From NCBI RefSeq assembly GCF_001465295.1, contig NZ_CP011034.1, positions 2,130,001 through 2,162,000 on the forward strand: a DNA stretch of 32,000 bases. Direction: 5' to 3'. Below are positions 8,886-17,038 of this stretch, in pieces (the stretch's first letter is position 1; every line of letters starts with the position of its first letter). The position numbers and the translations under genes are program-made. Below the pieces are notes generated by a model, which did not search any database, was not told where the DNA came from, and saw only the letters and a list, made by a program, of their open reading frames with translations. This DNA comes from Pseudoalteromonas translucida KMM 520 (GTDB lineage: Bacteria > Pseudomonadota > Gammaproteobacteria > Enterobacterales > Alteromonadaceae).

Positions 8886-9860
8886 ATGTTTAAACTCCGT
8901 CATATTATTATTTTAAGCGCTACCTTAGCGCTATTTGCTTGCTCTGAGCCAGCACCTAAACCAACTAAACAAACACCCGCTAAAACCACTGCAGTTGAAA
9001 AAGTAGCCAGCCAAAATACAGCTAGCGTTACTGTAAAAACAGTAGCAGAACCACAATCAGATATACAAAAAGCACTCGCTAATGCACCGGTAATTACTAA
9101 CTTATCAGCAAGCCACCCAAATACGTTATCAACGCCTAATATTAACGATTTAGATAATAGCCCTGAATCTGATTTAATTCGTTACGGGCGTTTATTAGTT
9201 ATTGATACCTACCGCCAATTACCTGAAAACGTTAATAACAAACTAAATTGTAGCTCTTGCCACCTAAACGAAGGCCGCGTAGCTAACGCAGCCCCTTATG
9301 TAGGTATGAACGTAGTTTATCCTAAGTTTCGTAGCCGCAATGCTAAAATAAACACTATTGAAGATCGTATTAATGGCTGTTTTCAACGCTCAATGAACGG
9401 CCAACCATTAATAACCGACTCTACACAAATGCAAGCTATGGTCAGCTACATGAACTTTTTATCGCAAGATATAAAAACGAAAGATGACTTAAAAGGTAAT
9501 AATGGTTTTGTAGCAATTAACAAAGACCTAGAGCCAAACGCAGAAAATGGTAAAGCACTGTATGCACAGCACTGTGCAAGCTGCCATCAAATGGACGCCA
9601 AAGGCTTGTACCCTAATGGCACTTACATGTTCCCGGCAGTAGCAGGCGACAACTCATTTAACGACGGCGCAGGCATGGCACGTACCTATACCGCCGCTGC
9701 ATTTATAAAAGGCAACATGCCACTTGGCCAAGAAGGTATTTTAACTGACCAAGAAGCCGTTGATATAGCCTTTTACTTTAGCCACCTAGCACGCCCAGAA
9801 TTTGCCGCTAAAGCAAACGATTGGCCTGAAGGTGGCGCACCAAAAGACGTACGCCGTTAA
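8886..9860 (+). CDS. Dihaem c-type cytochrome lipoprotein, TsdA (thiosulfate dehydrogenase)-like
   Basis: 324-aa ORF with a lipobox-like LALFAC (Cys19). Two CxxCH motifs (CSSCH 122-126, CASCH in the C-terminal half). A conserved-looking Cys165 sits in IEDRINGCFQRSMNG, 39 residues after the first haem His, as in His/Cys-ligated TsdA/SoxA-type haems. Confidence 0.8.
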   Translation: MFKLRHIIILSATLALFACSEPAPKPTKQTPAKTTAVEKVASQNTASVTVKTVAEPQSDIQKALANAPVITNLSASHPNTLSTPNINDLDNSPESDLIRYGRLLVIDTYRQLPENVNNKLNCSSCHLNEGRVANAAPYVGMNVVYPKFRSRNAKINTIEDRINGCFQRSMNGQPLITDSTQMQAMVSYMNFLSQDIKTKDDLKGNNGFVAINKDLEPNAENGKALYAQHCASCHQMDAKGLYPNGTYMFPAVAGDNSFNDGAGMARTYTAAAFIKGNMPLGQEGILTDQEAVDIAFYFSHLARPEFAAKANDWPEGGAPKDVRR

Positions 9861-9892
9861 TAGTATTAACTACGGTTAAATAATAAGACTTT

Positions 9893-9926
9893 AAAGCCAG
9901 TTGGATTAACCCGCTGGCTTTTTTAT
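9893..9926 (+). terminator. Rho-independent terminator of the cytochrome gene
   Basis: aaagccag (9893..9900) / ctggcttt (9914..9921) followed by a T-run up to 9925. Confidence 0.65.
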
Positions 9927-9984
9927 TGCCAGAAAAAACTTTTAGGCTTATAACTAACTGCTGAGTTTTTAAATTGATACTTTA

Positions 9985-10381
9985 TCGGAATACAGGCGGT
10001 TCAGCCCCGTTGATACGGGGAATACCACCCTAAGACTGGGGTGAGCGCCAGATAGCGGGTATTAATATTGGTGCCCCCTCTGTATATCAGTCTAATAATG
10101 TGAAGAAATAGTGATGCATGAGCTTATTCATGCTATGCAACATGCAATCACTACTAACACTTCAAGCTTTCATCTGCCACGCTGATTTAGCGAAGGCAAT
10201 GCGGTGCATTTAAGCGTGATGAATGTGGCAAGTAGATCGCAGCATAGTGAATATGATCCAACTCGAGTAGTTTCATTTTATGACGAGTATGGCGACCCAA
10301 AATGAGTATTATGGATTAGCCTATCAATATTTAGAAGACGCTAATCAACGCTCTAAAGTACTCCCTCTGATGACGGCTTAA
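9985..10381 (+). pseudogene. Decayed zinc metallopeptidase (HExxH gluzincin-like) gene remnant
   Basis: Frame A reads ..EEIVMHELIHAMQHAITTNTSSFHLPR-TGA-FSEGNAVHLSVMNVASRSQHSEYDPTRVVSFYDEYGDPK-stop (10102..10305). The in-frame TGA at 10183..10185 sits where a Trp would give HExxH..(R)WFSEG. Protein-like segments continue in another frame upstream (WGERQIAGINIGAPSVYQSNNV, 10037..) and downstream (YYGLAYQYLEDANQRSKVLPLMTA-stop at 10379..10381). No intact ORF of 60 aa or more. Confidence 0.55.
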
Positions 10382-10467
10382 TATTTCTGTAAACTGTTGT
10401 GAAATAAGTGTTATATTTAATTGACTACATTTTTATTGATACATTTACTTAATATAAGGGCATTTTA

Positions 10468-13152
10468 ATGGGCGTAACCCACAGAGCCAATAAAGGGCTG
10501 GTATTGCAAGTTGCTATCCAGATAATACTGCTGATCGTGGGTATGTTTTTTAGTTATTCTCAGCATATTCAATATCAAAAACAGCTCGACGAAAAAATAG
10601 CGGATGCATTAAATACACGACTCACTTTTTTATCGACTGGTATTAGTAATAGGCTGGATCTTTATAAGTATGGGCTGAGCTCGCTAAGAGGCTTTATCCA
10701 TGGCGTAGGTATAAATCATTTAAACCACCAAGCAATAGCAAACTATTCGAATAGCCGTGACTATGCGTTGGAGTTTCCTGGGGCGAGTGGTATTGGCTAT
10801 ATTAAACGCGTGTATCCTAATGATGTTAATGACTTTATAAACACAGCAAGAAACGATCGTCCCGATCACAACTTTAATATAAGCGTATTGTCGGCGCATA
10901 ACGAAGCAAAGTTTGTTATTCAATATCTTTTTCCTGAAAAAAACAACATTTCAGCAATTGGCCTTGATATTGGCTCTGGTAACATGCGCCGAGAGGCTGC
11001 ATTAGACGCTGCTTTATATAACCGAGCGCAACTGTCAGGCCCCATCACTTTGGTGCAAGCCGATAAGAAAACGCAGCAAGGTTTTTTAATTTTACTACCT
11101 GTTTATAATAGTATTGCTGCACCTACAACCCAATCTCAGCGCATTGAAAAACTGGTTGGCTGGACATACTCCCCTCTTTTGATTGACAATATTTTAAAGT
11201 CACTTTCTCAGCTTGATGATAATTATTTAACCATTACGGATTTAAATAGCAACGCTGAACTCACTTTTTTTAATTACGGCAATAAAAATGATAGTTCATC
11301 ATTTATAGCGTCTACCACCACCGATGTGATGGGCCGCACCTGGAAAATAGCCCTTACTGGCTCACATACTTTTATTAAAAGCCTTAATTTACCCAGCACC
11401 TATCAAACGTTACTCAATAATATATTAATAATCTTTCTGGTGATGTTATTGGTGCTCGCTTTACAGTTGTTTTTTTATCGCAAAGGCCAACAAACAAAAA
11501 TTAAAATAGCTATGGCAAAAAAACATGAACTTGCACTCGAGCATGCTAATTCTAAGTTAGAAACCGAGGTTAAATTGCGCACCCAGCAAATTGCCGATAT
11601 AAGCACCTTGCAACGCAGCATTTTACACAGCGCTAGCTACACAATTATTGCTACCGATAAAAATGGGGTCATTACCGCATTTAACCCCGCTGCTGAAAAG
11701 TTATTAGGCTACACAGCCAGCCAAGTTATTGGCCTTAAAACTCCGGCTATTTTTCACTTAGAAGATGAGGTAGTTGCAAAAGCTAAACAGCTCTCTGTAG
11801 AGCTTAATAAACATGTAGAACCAGGCTTTGAGGTGTTTTCAATAAAAGCCACCGCCACTGAGCCTGATATAAACCAATGGACCTACGTTGCAAGTAACGA
11901 TAAGCACACGCAAGTAAATTTAAGTGTTACCTCGCTACTCAGCGATGTCGGTGAGGTTGTTGGCTTTTTAGGTATATCTTATGATTTAACCCAGCAAATA
12001 GTCCACGAGCAGGCACTAGCCCAAGCAAAAGAATTAGCAGAGCAAGCATCTGATGCTAAGTCCGAATTTTTGGCTAATATGAGCCATGAAATTCGCACTC
12101 CTATGAATGGTTTATTTGGTACCTTACAATTACTGCAAGAACAGCCACTGAGTGATGTAAGCAAAAATTATTTAGACAAAGCACTGTATTCAACCAAAGC
12201 GCTAATCACTATTATTAACGATATTCTTGATTTTTCTAAAATTGAAGCTGGTAAACTGTTACTTGATAATAGCACTTTTGAGTTTGAGGAATTAATTCAT
12301 CATTTAGAATCAGATTTAGCTATTCCGGCAACTGAAAAAGGCATTTATTTACGCTTTAACTCCCATCTTAAACATAAATATTGGCGCGGCGATGCGGTGA
12401 GAATAAGGCAGGTTTTTCTTAATTTAATCTCCAATGCAATTAAATTCACTCGCGAGGGTGGCGTTAGCGTTGAAATAAGTGTCACTGATGACAATAAAGT
12501 GTGCTTTGTTATTTTAGACACTGGCATTGGTATTCCAGAACAAGATATCCCCCGTTTATTTGAACGCTTTGAACAGGCTGAGAAATCAACTACTCGTGAG
12601 TTTGGAGGCACTGGCCTTGGCCTGCCAATTACTAAGTCGTTAATAAGCTTAATGAACGGCGAAGTTAAAGTAACCAGTCAATTAGGAGTAGGCAGTCAAT
12701 TTACAGTTTACTTACCACTTAAAAAGGCAAACATAAAACCAAGCAATGTTGATGCTAAAAGCCTTGTTTTGCCTGACTTAACCAATAAAACAATTTTAAT
12801 AGCTGAAGACAACCCCATTAATCAACTTGTTGCTAGCGCTATGATAAAACCAAGCAACGCAAACATTGTTATAGCTAACAATGGATTAGAAGCAATTGAA
12901 TTATATGAATCACTACTGCCCGATTTAATATTAATGGATATTCAAATGCCTAAAATGGATGGTATGCAAGCGTGTAAACACATTAAAAAAATTAACAGCG
13001 AGCAAATTATTATAGCGCTAACAGCCAATGTGCTTAGCGAGCAAAAGCAACTCTACAAGCAACTGTTTGATGGCTACCTTTCTAAACCCATCGAAAAACA
13101 AAAGTTAGTAAACGTACTAAACAGACTCGCTATCGATAAGTTGGTTTTGTAA
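10468..13152 (+). CDS. Hybrid sensor histidine kinase (CHASE periplasmic domain, TM, PAS, HisKA, HATPase_c, receiver)
   Basis: 894-aa ORF. The N-terminal TM segment plus a ~300-aa extracytoplasmic region looks CHASE-like. Second TM segment (ILIIFLVMLLVLALQLFF), PAS (SYTIIATDKNGVITAFNPAAEKLLGY), H-box MSHEIRTPMNG, N/G boxes (NLISNAIKFT, DTGIGI, GGTGLGL), receiver DLILMDIQMPKMDG. Confidence 0.9.
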   Translation: MGVTHRANKGLVLQVAIQIILLIVGMFFSYSQHIQYQKQLDEKIADALNTRLTFLSTGISNRLDLYKYGLSSLRGFIHGVGINHLNHQAIANYSNSRDYALEFPGASGIGYIKRVYPNDVNDFINTARNDRPDHNFNISVLSAHNEAKFVIQYLFPEKNNISAIGLDIGSGNMRREAALDAALYNRAQLSGPITLVQADKKTQQGFLILLPVYNSIAAPTTQSQRIEKLVGWTYSPLLIDNILKSLSQLDDNYLTITDLNSNAELTFFNYGNKNDSSSFIASTTTDVMGRTWKIALTGSHTFIKSLNLPSTYQTLLNNILIIFLVMLLVLALQLFFYRKGQQTKIKIAMAKKHELALEHANSKLETEVKLRTQQIADISTLQRSILHSASYTIIATDKNGVITAFNPAAEKLLGYTASQVIGLKTPAIFHLEDEVVAKAKQLSVELNKHVEPGFEVFSIKATATEPDINQWTYVASNDKHTQVNLSVTSLLSDVGEVVGFLGISYDLTQQIVHEQALAQAKELAEQASDAKSEFLANMSHEIRTPMNGLFGTLQLLQEQPLSDVSKNYLDKALYSTKALITIINDILDFSKIEAGKLLLDNSTFEFEELIHHLESDLAIPATEKGIYLRFNSHLKHKYWRGDAVRIRQVFLNLISNAIKFTREGGVSVEISVTDDNKVCFVILDTGIGIPEQDIPRLFERFEQAEKSTTREFGGTGLGLPITKSLISLMNGEVKVTSQLGVGSQFTVYLPLKKANIKPSNVDAKSLVLPDLTNKTILIAEDNPINQLVASAMIKPSNANIVIANNGLEAIELYESLLPDLILMDIQMPKMDGMQACKHIKKINSEQIIIALTANVLSEQKQLYKQLFDGYLSKPIEKQKLVNVLNRLAIDKLVL

Positions 13153-13253
13153 TTTCCTGGGTATACTACCAGGTATGCTAAAAATCTGCGCTTGGGTGAA
13201 ACAGCATGGGACGAGGTGATACGCTAAGTTATTGATTTTACTTTGTTGTAGGC

Positions 13254-13280
13254 ACAAAAAAGGACGTCATAAGACGTCCT
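13254..13280 (-). terminator. Rho-independent terminator of tRNA-Ser
   Basis: aggacgtc (13261..13268) / gacgtcct (13273..13280), loop ataa. On the - strand the hairpin is followed by tttttg. Confidence 0.6.
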
Positions 13281-13292
13281 GATATTGAATAA

Positions 13293-13382
13293 TGGTGGAG
13301 GGAGAGGGATTCGAACCCTCGTTAGGGATTAACCTAAACACACTTTCCAGGCGTGCGCCTTCAGCCACTCAGCCATCCCTCC
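13293..13382 (-). tRNA. tRNA-Ser (anticodon GGA)
   Basis: Reverse complement: GGAGGGATGGCTGAGTGGCTGAAGGCGCACGCCTGGAAAGTGTGTTTAGGTTAATCCCTAACGAGGGTTCGAATCCCTCTCCCTCCACCA. 90 nt with a long variable arm. Anticodon stem CACGC/GTGTG, loop CTGGAAA, T-loop GGTTCGAATCC, encoded CCA. Confidence 0.92.
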
Positions 13383-13421
13383 ACGGCGTTGCTACATACT
13401 AGGTAGTGCAACAAGCGCGCT

Positions 13422-13450
13422 ATAGTATGAAATAGCTGCCATAGGTGCAA
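13422..13450 (-). promoter_or_regulatory. Sigma70-type promoter of tRNA-Ser with a GC-rich discriminator
   Basis: Minus strand reads TTGCAC (13450..13445), 17 nt, TACTAT (13427..13422), then agcgcgc. This lies about 40 nt upstream of the mature tRNA 5' end. Confidence 0.5.
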
Positions 13451-13512
13451 GGCATTTTTAGTCTTGAGCTTTTAACTGCTCACTTATCATTCATATTTTT
13501 TATTTTGCGCAC

Positions 13513-13547
13513 AAAAAGCGGCTATGCGGGTGGCATAACCGTTTTTT
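13513..13547. terminator. Bidirectional-looking terminator downstream of nadA
   Basis: cggctatgc (13519..13527) / gcataaccg (13533..13541, one G-U pair). A-run on one side and T-run on the other, so it works for - strand nadA. Confidence 0.55.
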
Positions 13548-13586
13548 AAGCGCTAACTTAACGTGCGTTTTTAATGTTCGTTAATT

Positions 13587-14627
13587 TTACTTTGCCATTG
13601 TGGCGGTAAAGTCGAGCATGCGGTTAAGTGATTTAAGTGCGCCTTCGCGTAAGTCCATGTCAACAAACACTTCTTTACCTTTAGGGTCTATCAGAGCTTC
13701 TTCAATCGCTTTTAAGCCGTTCATTGCCATCCAAGGGCAATGCGCACATGTTTTACATGAAGCGCCTTCACCGGCTGTTGGAGCAGCAAAGAATTCTTTA
13801 TCTGGGCATAGTTGCTGCATTTTATAAAAAATACCGCGGTCAGTAGCTACAATAAACTTTTTGTTGCTCATTGTTTGCGCTGCTTTGATTAACTGGCTGG
13901 TTGAACCAACCGCATCAGCAAGGGCAACAATTTCCTCTGGCGACTCTGGGTGTACTAGTACGCCTGCATCGGGATGCAGCGCTTTCATATCTTTTAGAGC
14001 TTTCGTTTTAAACTCGTCATGAACGATACATGCACCATTCCACATGATCATATCTGCGCCGGTATTCTTTTGAATATAGCTACCTAGGTGCTTATCTGGG
14101 CCCCAAATTATTTTTTCACCTAGTTCATCTAAGTGCTCAACAATTTCCAGTGCACACGATGAGGTTACAATCCAATCTGCACGCGCTTTTACTGCGGTAG
14201 AGGTATTTGCATACACGACTACTGTGCGGTCGGGGTGTTGATCGCAAAACGCTGAAAATTCATCTACCGGGCAACCTATGTCTAACGAACAAGTCGCTTC
14301 GAGCGTTGGCATAACCACGGTTTTGTTAGGCGTTAATATTTTTGCAGTTTCACCCATAAAACGTACACCCGCTACAATGATCATATCGGCATCATGGCGG
14401 GTACCAAAACGCGCCATTTCTAGCGAGTCGGCAACGCAGCCGCCGGTTTCTTCAGCAAGTGCTTGTATTTCAGGATCGGTATAGTAATGGGCAACTAATA
14501 CGGCATTTTTTTCTTGCAGTAGTTGCTTTATACGTGCTTTGTATTCGCCTTGTTCGTTTTGTGTTAACGGTGCTGGCTTAGGAGGGAAAATATAGCCTTC
14601 AGGCATAATAGTTTGAGCTAGACTCAT
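13587..14627 (-). CDS. nadA: Quinolinate synthase A
   Basis: Near-colinear with E. coli NadA as I recall it (..[35 protein letters not shown].., [60 protein letters not shown]). The ORF track starts at a GTG (14639). The ATG at 14627 ([18 protein letters not shown]) fits the E. coli N-terminus better. Confidence 0.93.
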   Translation of the reverse strand: MSLAQTIMPEGYIFPPKPAPLTQNEQGEYKARIKQLLQEKNAVLVAHYYTDPEIQALAEETGGCVADSLEMARFGTRHDADMIIVAGVRFMGETAKILTPNKTVVMPTLEATCSLDIGCPVDEFSAFCDQHPDRTVVVYANTSTAVKARADWIVTSSCALEIVEHLDELGEKIIWGPDKHLGSYIQKNTGADMIMWNGACIVHDEFKTKALKDMKALHPDAGVLVHPESPEEIVALADAVGSTSQLIKAAQTMSNKKFIVATDRGIFYKMQQLCPDKEFFAAPTAGEGASCKTCAHCPWMAMNGLKAIEEALIDPKGKEVFVDMDLREGALKSLNRMLDFTATMAK

Positions 14628-14774
14628 GTTCTCGACCACTTCATCTATATTGCATTAATTACGATGAATTATACGAGAATATAAAACTAAATAACAGCTA
14701 TCTGCACAAGGTGTTTAATAAATAAAAAGTTGAAGTTTTAAAAAGACGCTATTAAGAAGGGATTATCTAGAAAG

Positions 14775-14850
14775 TGGTGGGGCATGATGGATTTGAACCA
14801 TCGACCAATTGATTAAAAGTCAACTGCTCTACCAACTGAGCTAATGCCCC
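14775..14850 (-). tRNA. tRNA-Lys (UUU), copy 1 (last transcribed)
   Basis: Reverse complement: GGGGCATTAGCTCAGTTGGTAGAGCAGTTGACTTTTAATCAATTGGTCGATGGTTCAAATCCATCATGCCCCACCA. Anticodon loop CTTTTAA. The anticodon arm is identical to E. coli tRNA-Lys. Confidence 0.95.
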
Positions 14851-14934
14851 ACTTTGATAACTAATCAGCAAGGCTGCTAGTTAGTTGATTGCGTAAATCC
14901 GCCGACTAATACTTTACTTTCACTGCTCATAGAA

Positions 14935-15010
14935 TGGTGGGGCATGATGGATTTGAACCATCGACCAATTGATTAAAAGTCAACTGCTCTACCAACTGAG
15001 CTAATGCCCC
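14935..15010 (-). tRNA. tRNA-Lys (UUU), copy 2
   Basis: Identical 76 nt to copy 1. Confidence 0.95.
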
Positions 15011-15094
15011 ACTTTGATAACTAATCAGCAAGGCTGCTAGTTAGTTGATTGCGTAAATCCGCCGACTAATACTTTACTTTCACTGCTCATAGAA

Positions 15095-15170
15095 TGGTGG
15101 GGCATGATGGATTTGAACCATCGACCAATTGATTAAAAGTCAACTGCTCTACCAACTGAGCTAATGCCCC
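15095..15170 (-). tRNA. tRNA-Lys (UUU), copy 3
   Basis: Identical 76 nt to copy 1. Confidence 0.95.
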
Positions 15171-15254
15171 ACTTTGATAACTAATCAGCAAGGCTGCTAG
15201 TTAGTTGATTGCGTAAATCCGCCGACTAATACTTTACTTTCACTGCTCATAGAA

Positions 15255-15330
15255 TGGTGGGGCATGATGGATTTGAACCATCGACCAATTGATTAAAAGT
15301 CAACTGCTCTACCAACTGAGCTAATGCCCC
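15255..15330 (-). tRNA. tRNA-Lys (UUU), copy 4
   Basis: Identical 76 nt to copy 1. Confidence 0.95.
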
Positions 15331-15414
15331 ACTTTGATAACTAATCAGCAAGGCTGCTAGTTAGTTGATTGCGTAAATCCGCCGACTAATACTTTACTTT
15401 CACTGCTCATAGAA

Positions 15415-15490
15415 TGGTGGGGCATGATGGATTTGAACCATCGACCAATTGATTAAAAGTCAACTGCTCTACCAACTGAGCTAATGCCCC
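15415..15490 (-). tRNA. tRNA-Lys (UUU), copy 5
   Basis: Identical 76 nt to copy 1. Confidence 0.95.
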
Positions 15491-15561
15491 GCTCTATGCA
15501 CTTAATTTAATTAAGCTTGCGTAAATCCGCCGATTCCAGCCATTCTTAATTATGTAAAGAA

Positions 15562-15637
15562 TGGTGGGGCATGATGGATTTGAACCATCGACCAATTGAT
15601 TAAAAGTCAACTGCTCTACCAACTGAGCTAATGCCCC
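15562..15637 (-). tRNA. tRNA-Lys (UUU), copy 6
   Basis: Identical 76 nt to copy 1. Confidence 0.95.
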
Positions 15638-15722
15638 GCTCTGATAACTAACTAGCAAACCTTGCTGTTTAGTTACTTGCGTAAATCCGCCGACTAATAC
15701 TTAACTTTCACTGCTCATAGAA

Positions 15723-15798
15723 TGGTGGGGCATGATGGATTTGAACCATCGACCAATTGATTAAAAGTCAACTGCTCTACCAACTGAGCTAATGCCCC
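15723..15798 (-). tRNA. tRNA-Lys (UUU), copy 7
   Basis: Identical 76 nt to copy 1. Confidence 0.95.
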
Positions 15799-15869
15799 GC
15801 TCTATGCACTTAATTTAATTAAGCTTGCGTAAATCCGCCGATTCCAGCCATTCTTTAGTATATAAAGAA

Positions 15870-15945
15870 TGGTGGGGCATGATGGATTTGAACCATCGAC
15901 CAATTGATTAAAAGTCAACTGCTCTACCAACTGAGCTAATGCCCC
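15870..15945 (-). tRNA. tRNA-Lys (UUU), copy 8
   Basis: Identical 76 nt to copy 1. Confidence 0.95.
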
Positions 15946-16023
15946 GCTCTGGGTGCTTAATTTAATAATTAATTAAGCTTACGTAAATCCGCCGATAATA
16001 GACCATTATTACTATAAATATAA

Positions 16024-16099
16024 TGGTGGGTCATGATGGATTTGAACCATCGACCAATTGATTAAAAGTCAACTGCTCTACCAACTGAGCTAATGACCC
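16024..16099 (-). tRNA. tRNA-Lys (UUU), copy 9 (first transcribed; acceptor-stem variant)
   Basis: GGGTCATTAGCTC...CCATCATGACCCACCA. It differs from copies 1-8 at two positions that pair with each other (G4:C69 becomes U4:A69). Confidence 0.93.
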
Positions 16100-16154
16100 G
16101 CTCTATTTTTGTCGCATTTCGAGTGGGGTAACCATTCGTTTGCTGCGGGCGCTT

Positions 16155-16182
16155 ATAATACTTATTTATAAAATGAGTGCAA
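16155..16182 (-). promoter_or_regulatory. Sigma70-type promoter of the tRNA-Lys array, with A/T-rich UP region and GC discriminator
   Basis: Minus strand reads aaaaacttaaaaaaagagacaatttcggTTGCAC (16182..16177), 16 nt, TATTAT (16160..16155), then aagcgcccgc. It lies ~55 nt upstream of copy 9. The -35 hexamer is the same as in the tRNA-Ser promoter. Confidence 0.5.
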
Positions 16183-16278
16183 CCGAAATTGTCTCTTTTT
16201 TTAAGTTTTTATGCTTAGCTGAACAATTTTAGACCGCTTATGACAAAAAGCAGCCTAATCAAGCCTCTTGTATTAATT

Positions 16279-17025
16279 TTATAAGCGCTTTGTGGCCAAT
16301 TTTGCAGCAGTGGTACTTGGATACTGATTAATTAAATCATTCAGTATTTTTTGCGCTTCAGCTGCTAAATTTTGCTCTTGTAGTAAAGTGCCTAACTTTA
16401 ACATGGCATCTGGGCGCTTATTTGAATTTGGAAATTCATTAACCACCACTTTAAAATGCTCCGTTGCTTTAACTGGGTTATTTTTTATCGTGAGCAACTG
16501 CCCAAGCCAATAATGTGCATTTGATGCGTACACAGAATTTGGGTAGGTAGTTAAAAAAGTTTGAAACTCTGGGATCGCCTGATCATAGCGTTTATCTTTC
16601 ATTATTAACGCAACAGCACGCTCGTATGCTTCGTTTTCAGATAAATCGGCACTGTATGTCTGAGTATCGCTAGCTTGCGTGTAATCAACTGCAGGCGCTG
16701 TGGCAGCCGGCTGACTATAAGCTTGGCTTACGCGGTTTTCAATTTCTTGATAAAGCTCGCGCTGACGCTGCAACACTTTTTCTAGCTTATAACTTTGCTC
16801 TTCGGTTACACCACGAATTTGGCTTACTTCATCTTGCAATAAATTAAGCTGTTGCTGTAACTCAACTTGTAAAAAGTTACGTTGTTGCATCATGTTCTCT
16901 AACGACGCTAAACGCTTTTCAATACTCGATTGTGAACTTGCAGCTTCTGAAACAGGAGCGGGAGCAGCCATTAACTGGGTGCTCCCGCTCAATATCATGG
17001 CTGCCAAAATAATTTTCGGCTTCAT
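16279..17025 (-). CDS. cpoB: Cell-division coordinator CpoB (YbgF), Tol-Pal associated TPR protein
   Basis: 248-aa ORF with a signal peptide, an N-terminal coiled coil (LENMMQQRNFLQVELQQQLNLLQDEV) and C-terminal TPR repeats. It sits immediately downstream of pal. Confidence 0.88.
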   Translation of the reverse strand: MKPKIILAAMILSGSTQLMAAPAPVSEAASSQSSIEKRLASLENMMQQRNFLQVELQQQLNLLQDEVSQIRGVTEEQSYKLEKVLQRQRELYQEIENRVSQAYSQPAATAPAVDYTQASDTQTYSADLSENEAYERAVALIMKDKRYDQAIPEFQTFLTTYPNSVYASNAHYWLGQLLTIKNNPVKATEHFKVVVNEFPNSNKRPDAMLKLGTLLQEQNLAAEAQKILNDLINQYPSTTAAKLATKRL

Positions 17026-17038
17026 AATATCTCTTATC

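Larger units (their letters stand above)
14775..15490 (-). repeat. Perfect tandem repeat, 160-bp unit (76-nt tRNA-Lys + 84-nt spacer), about 4.5 units
   Basis: tRNA starts at 14775, 14935, 15095, 15255 and 15415, an exact 160-bp period. By direct reading the four intervening 84-bp spacers are identical. Confidence 0.9.

Noticed and set aside
13157-13173. Hairpin cctggta-tac-taccagg just after the histidine kinase stop as its terminator
   Set aside because: No U-run follows it. The nearby 13261..13280 hairpin is oriented for the - strand tRNA-Ser. Termination of the kinase gene remains unassigned.
14775-16099. A regularly spaced direct-repeat array that could superficially resemble a CRISPR locus
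   Set aside because: The 76-nt repeat folds as a canonical tRNA-Lys(UUU) cloverleaf with an encoded CCA. The spacers are identical or fall into a few families rather than being unique, and no cas genes are present.
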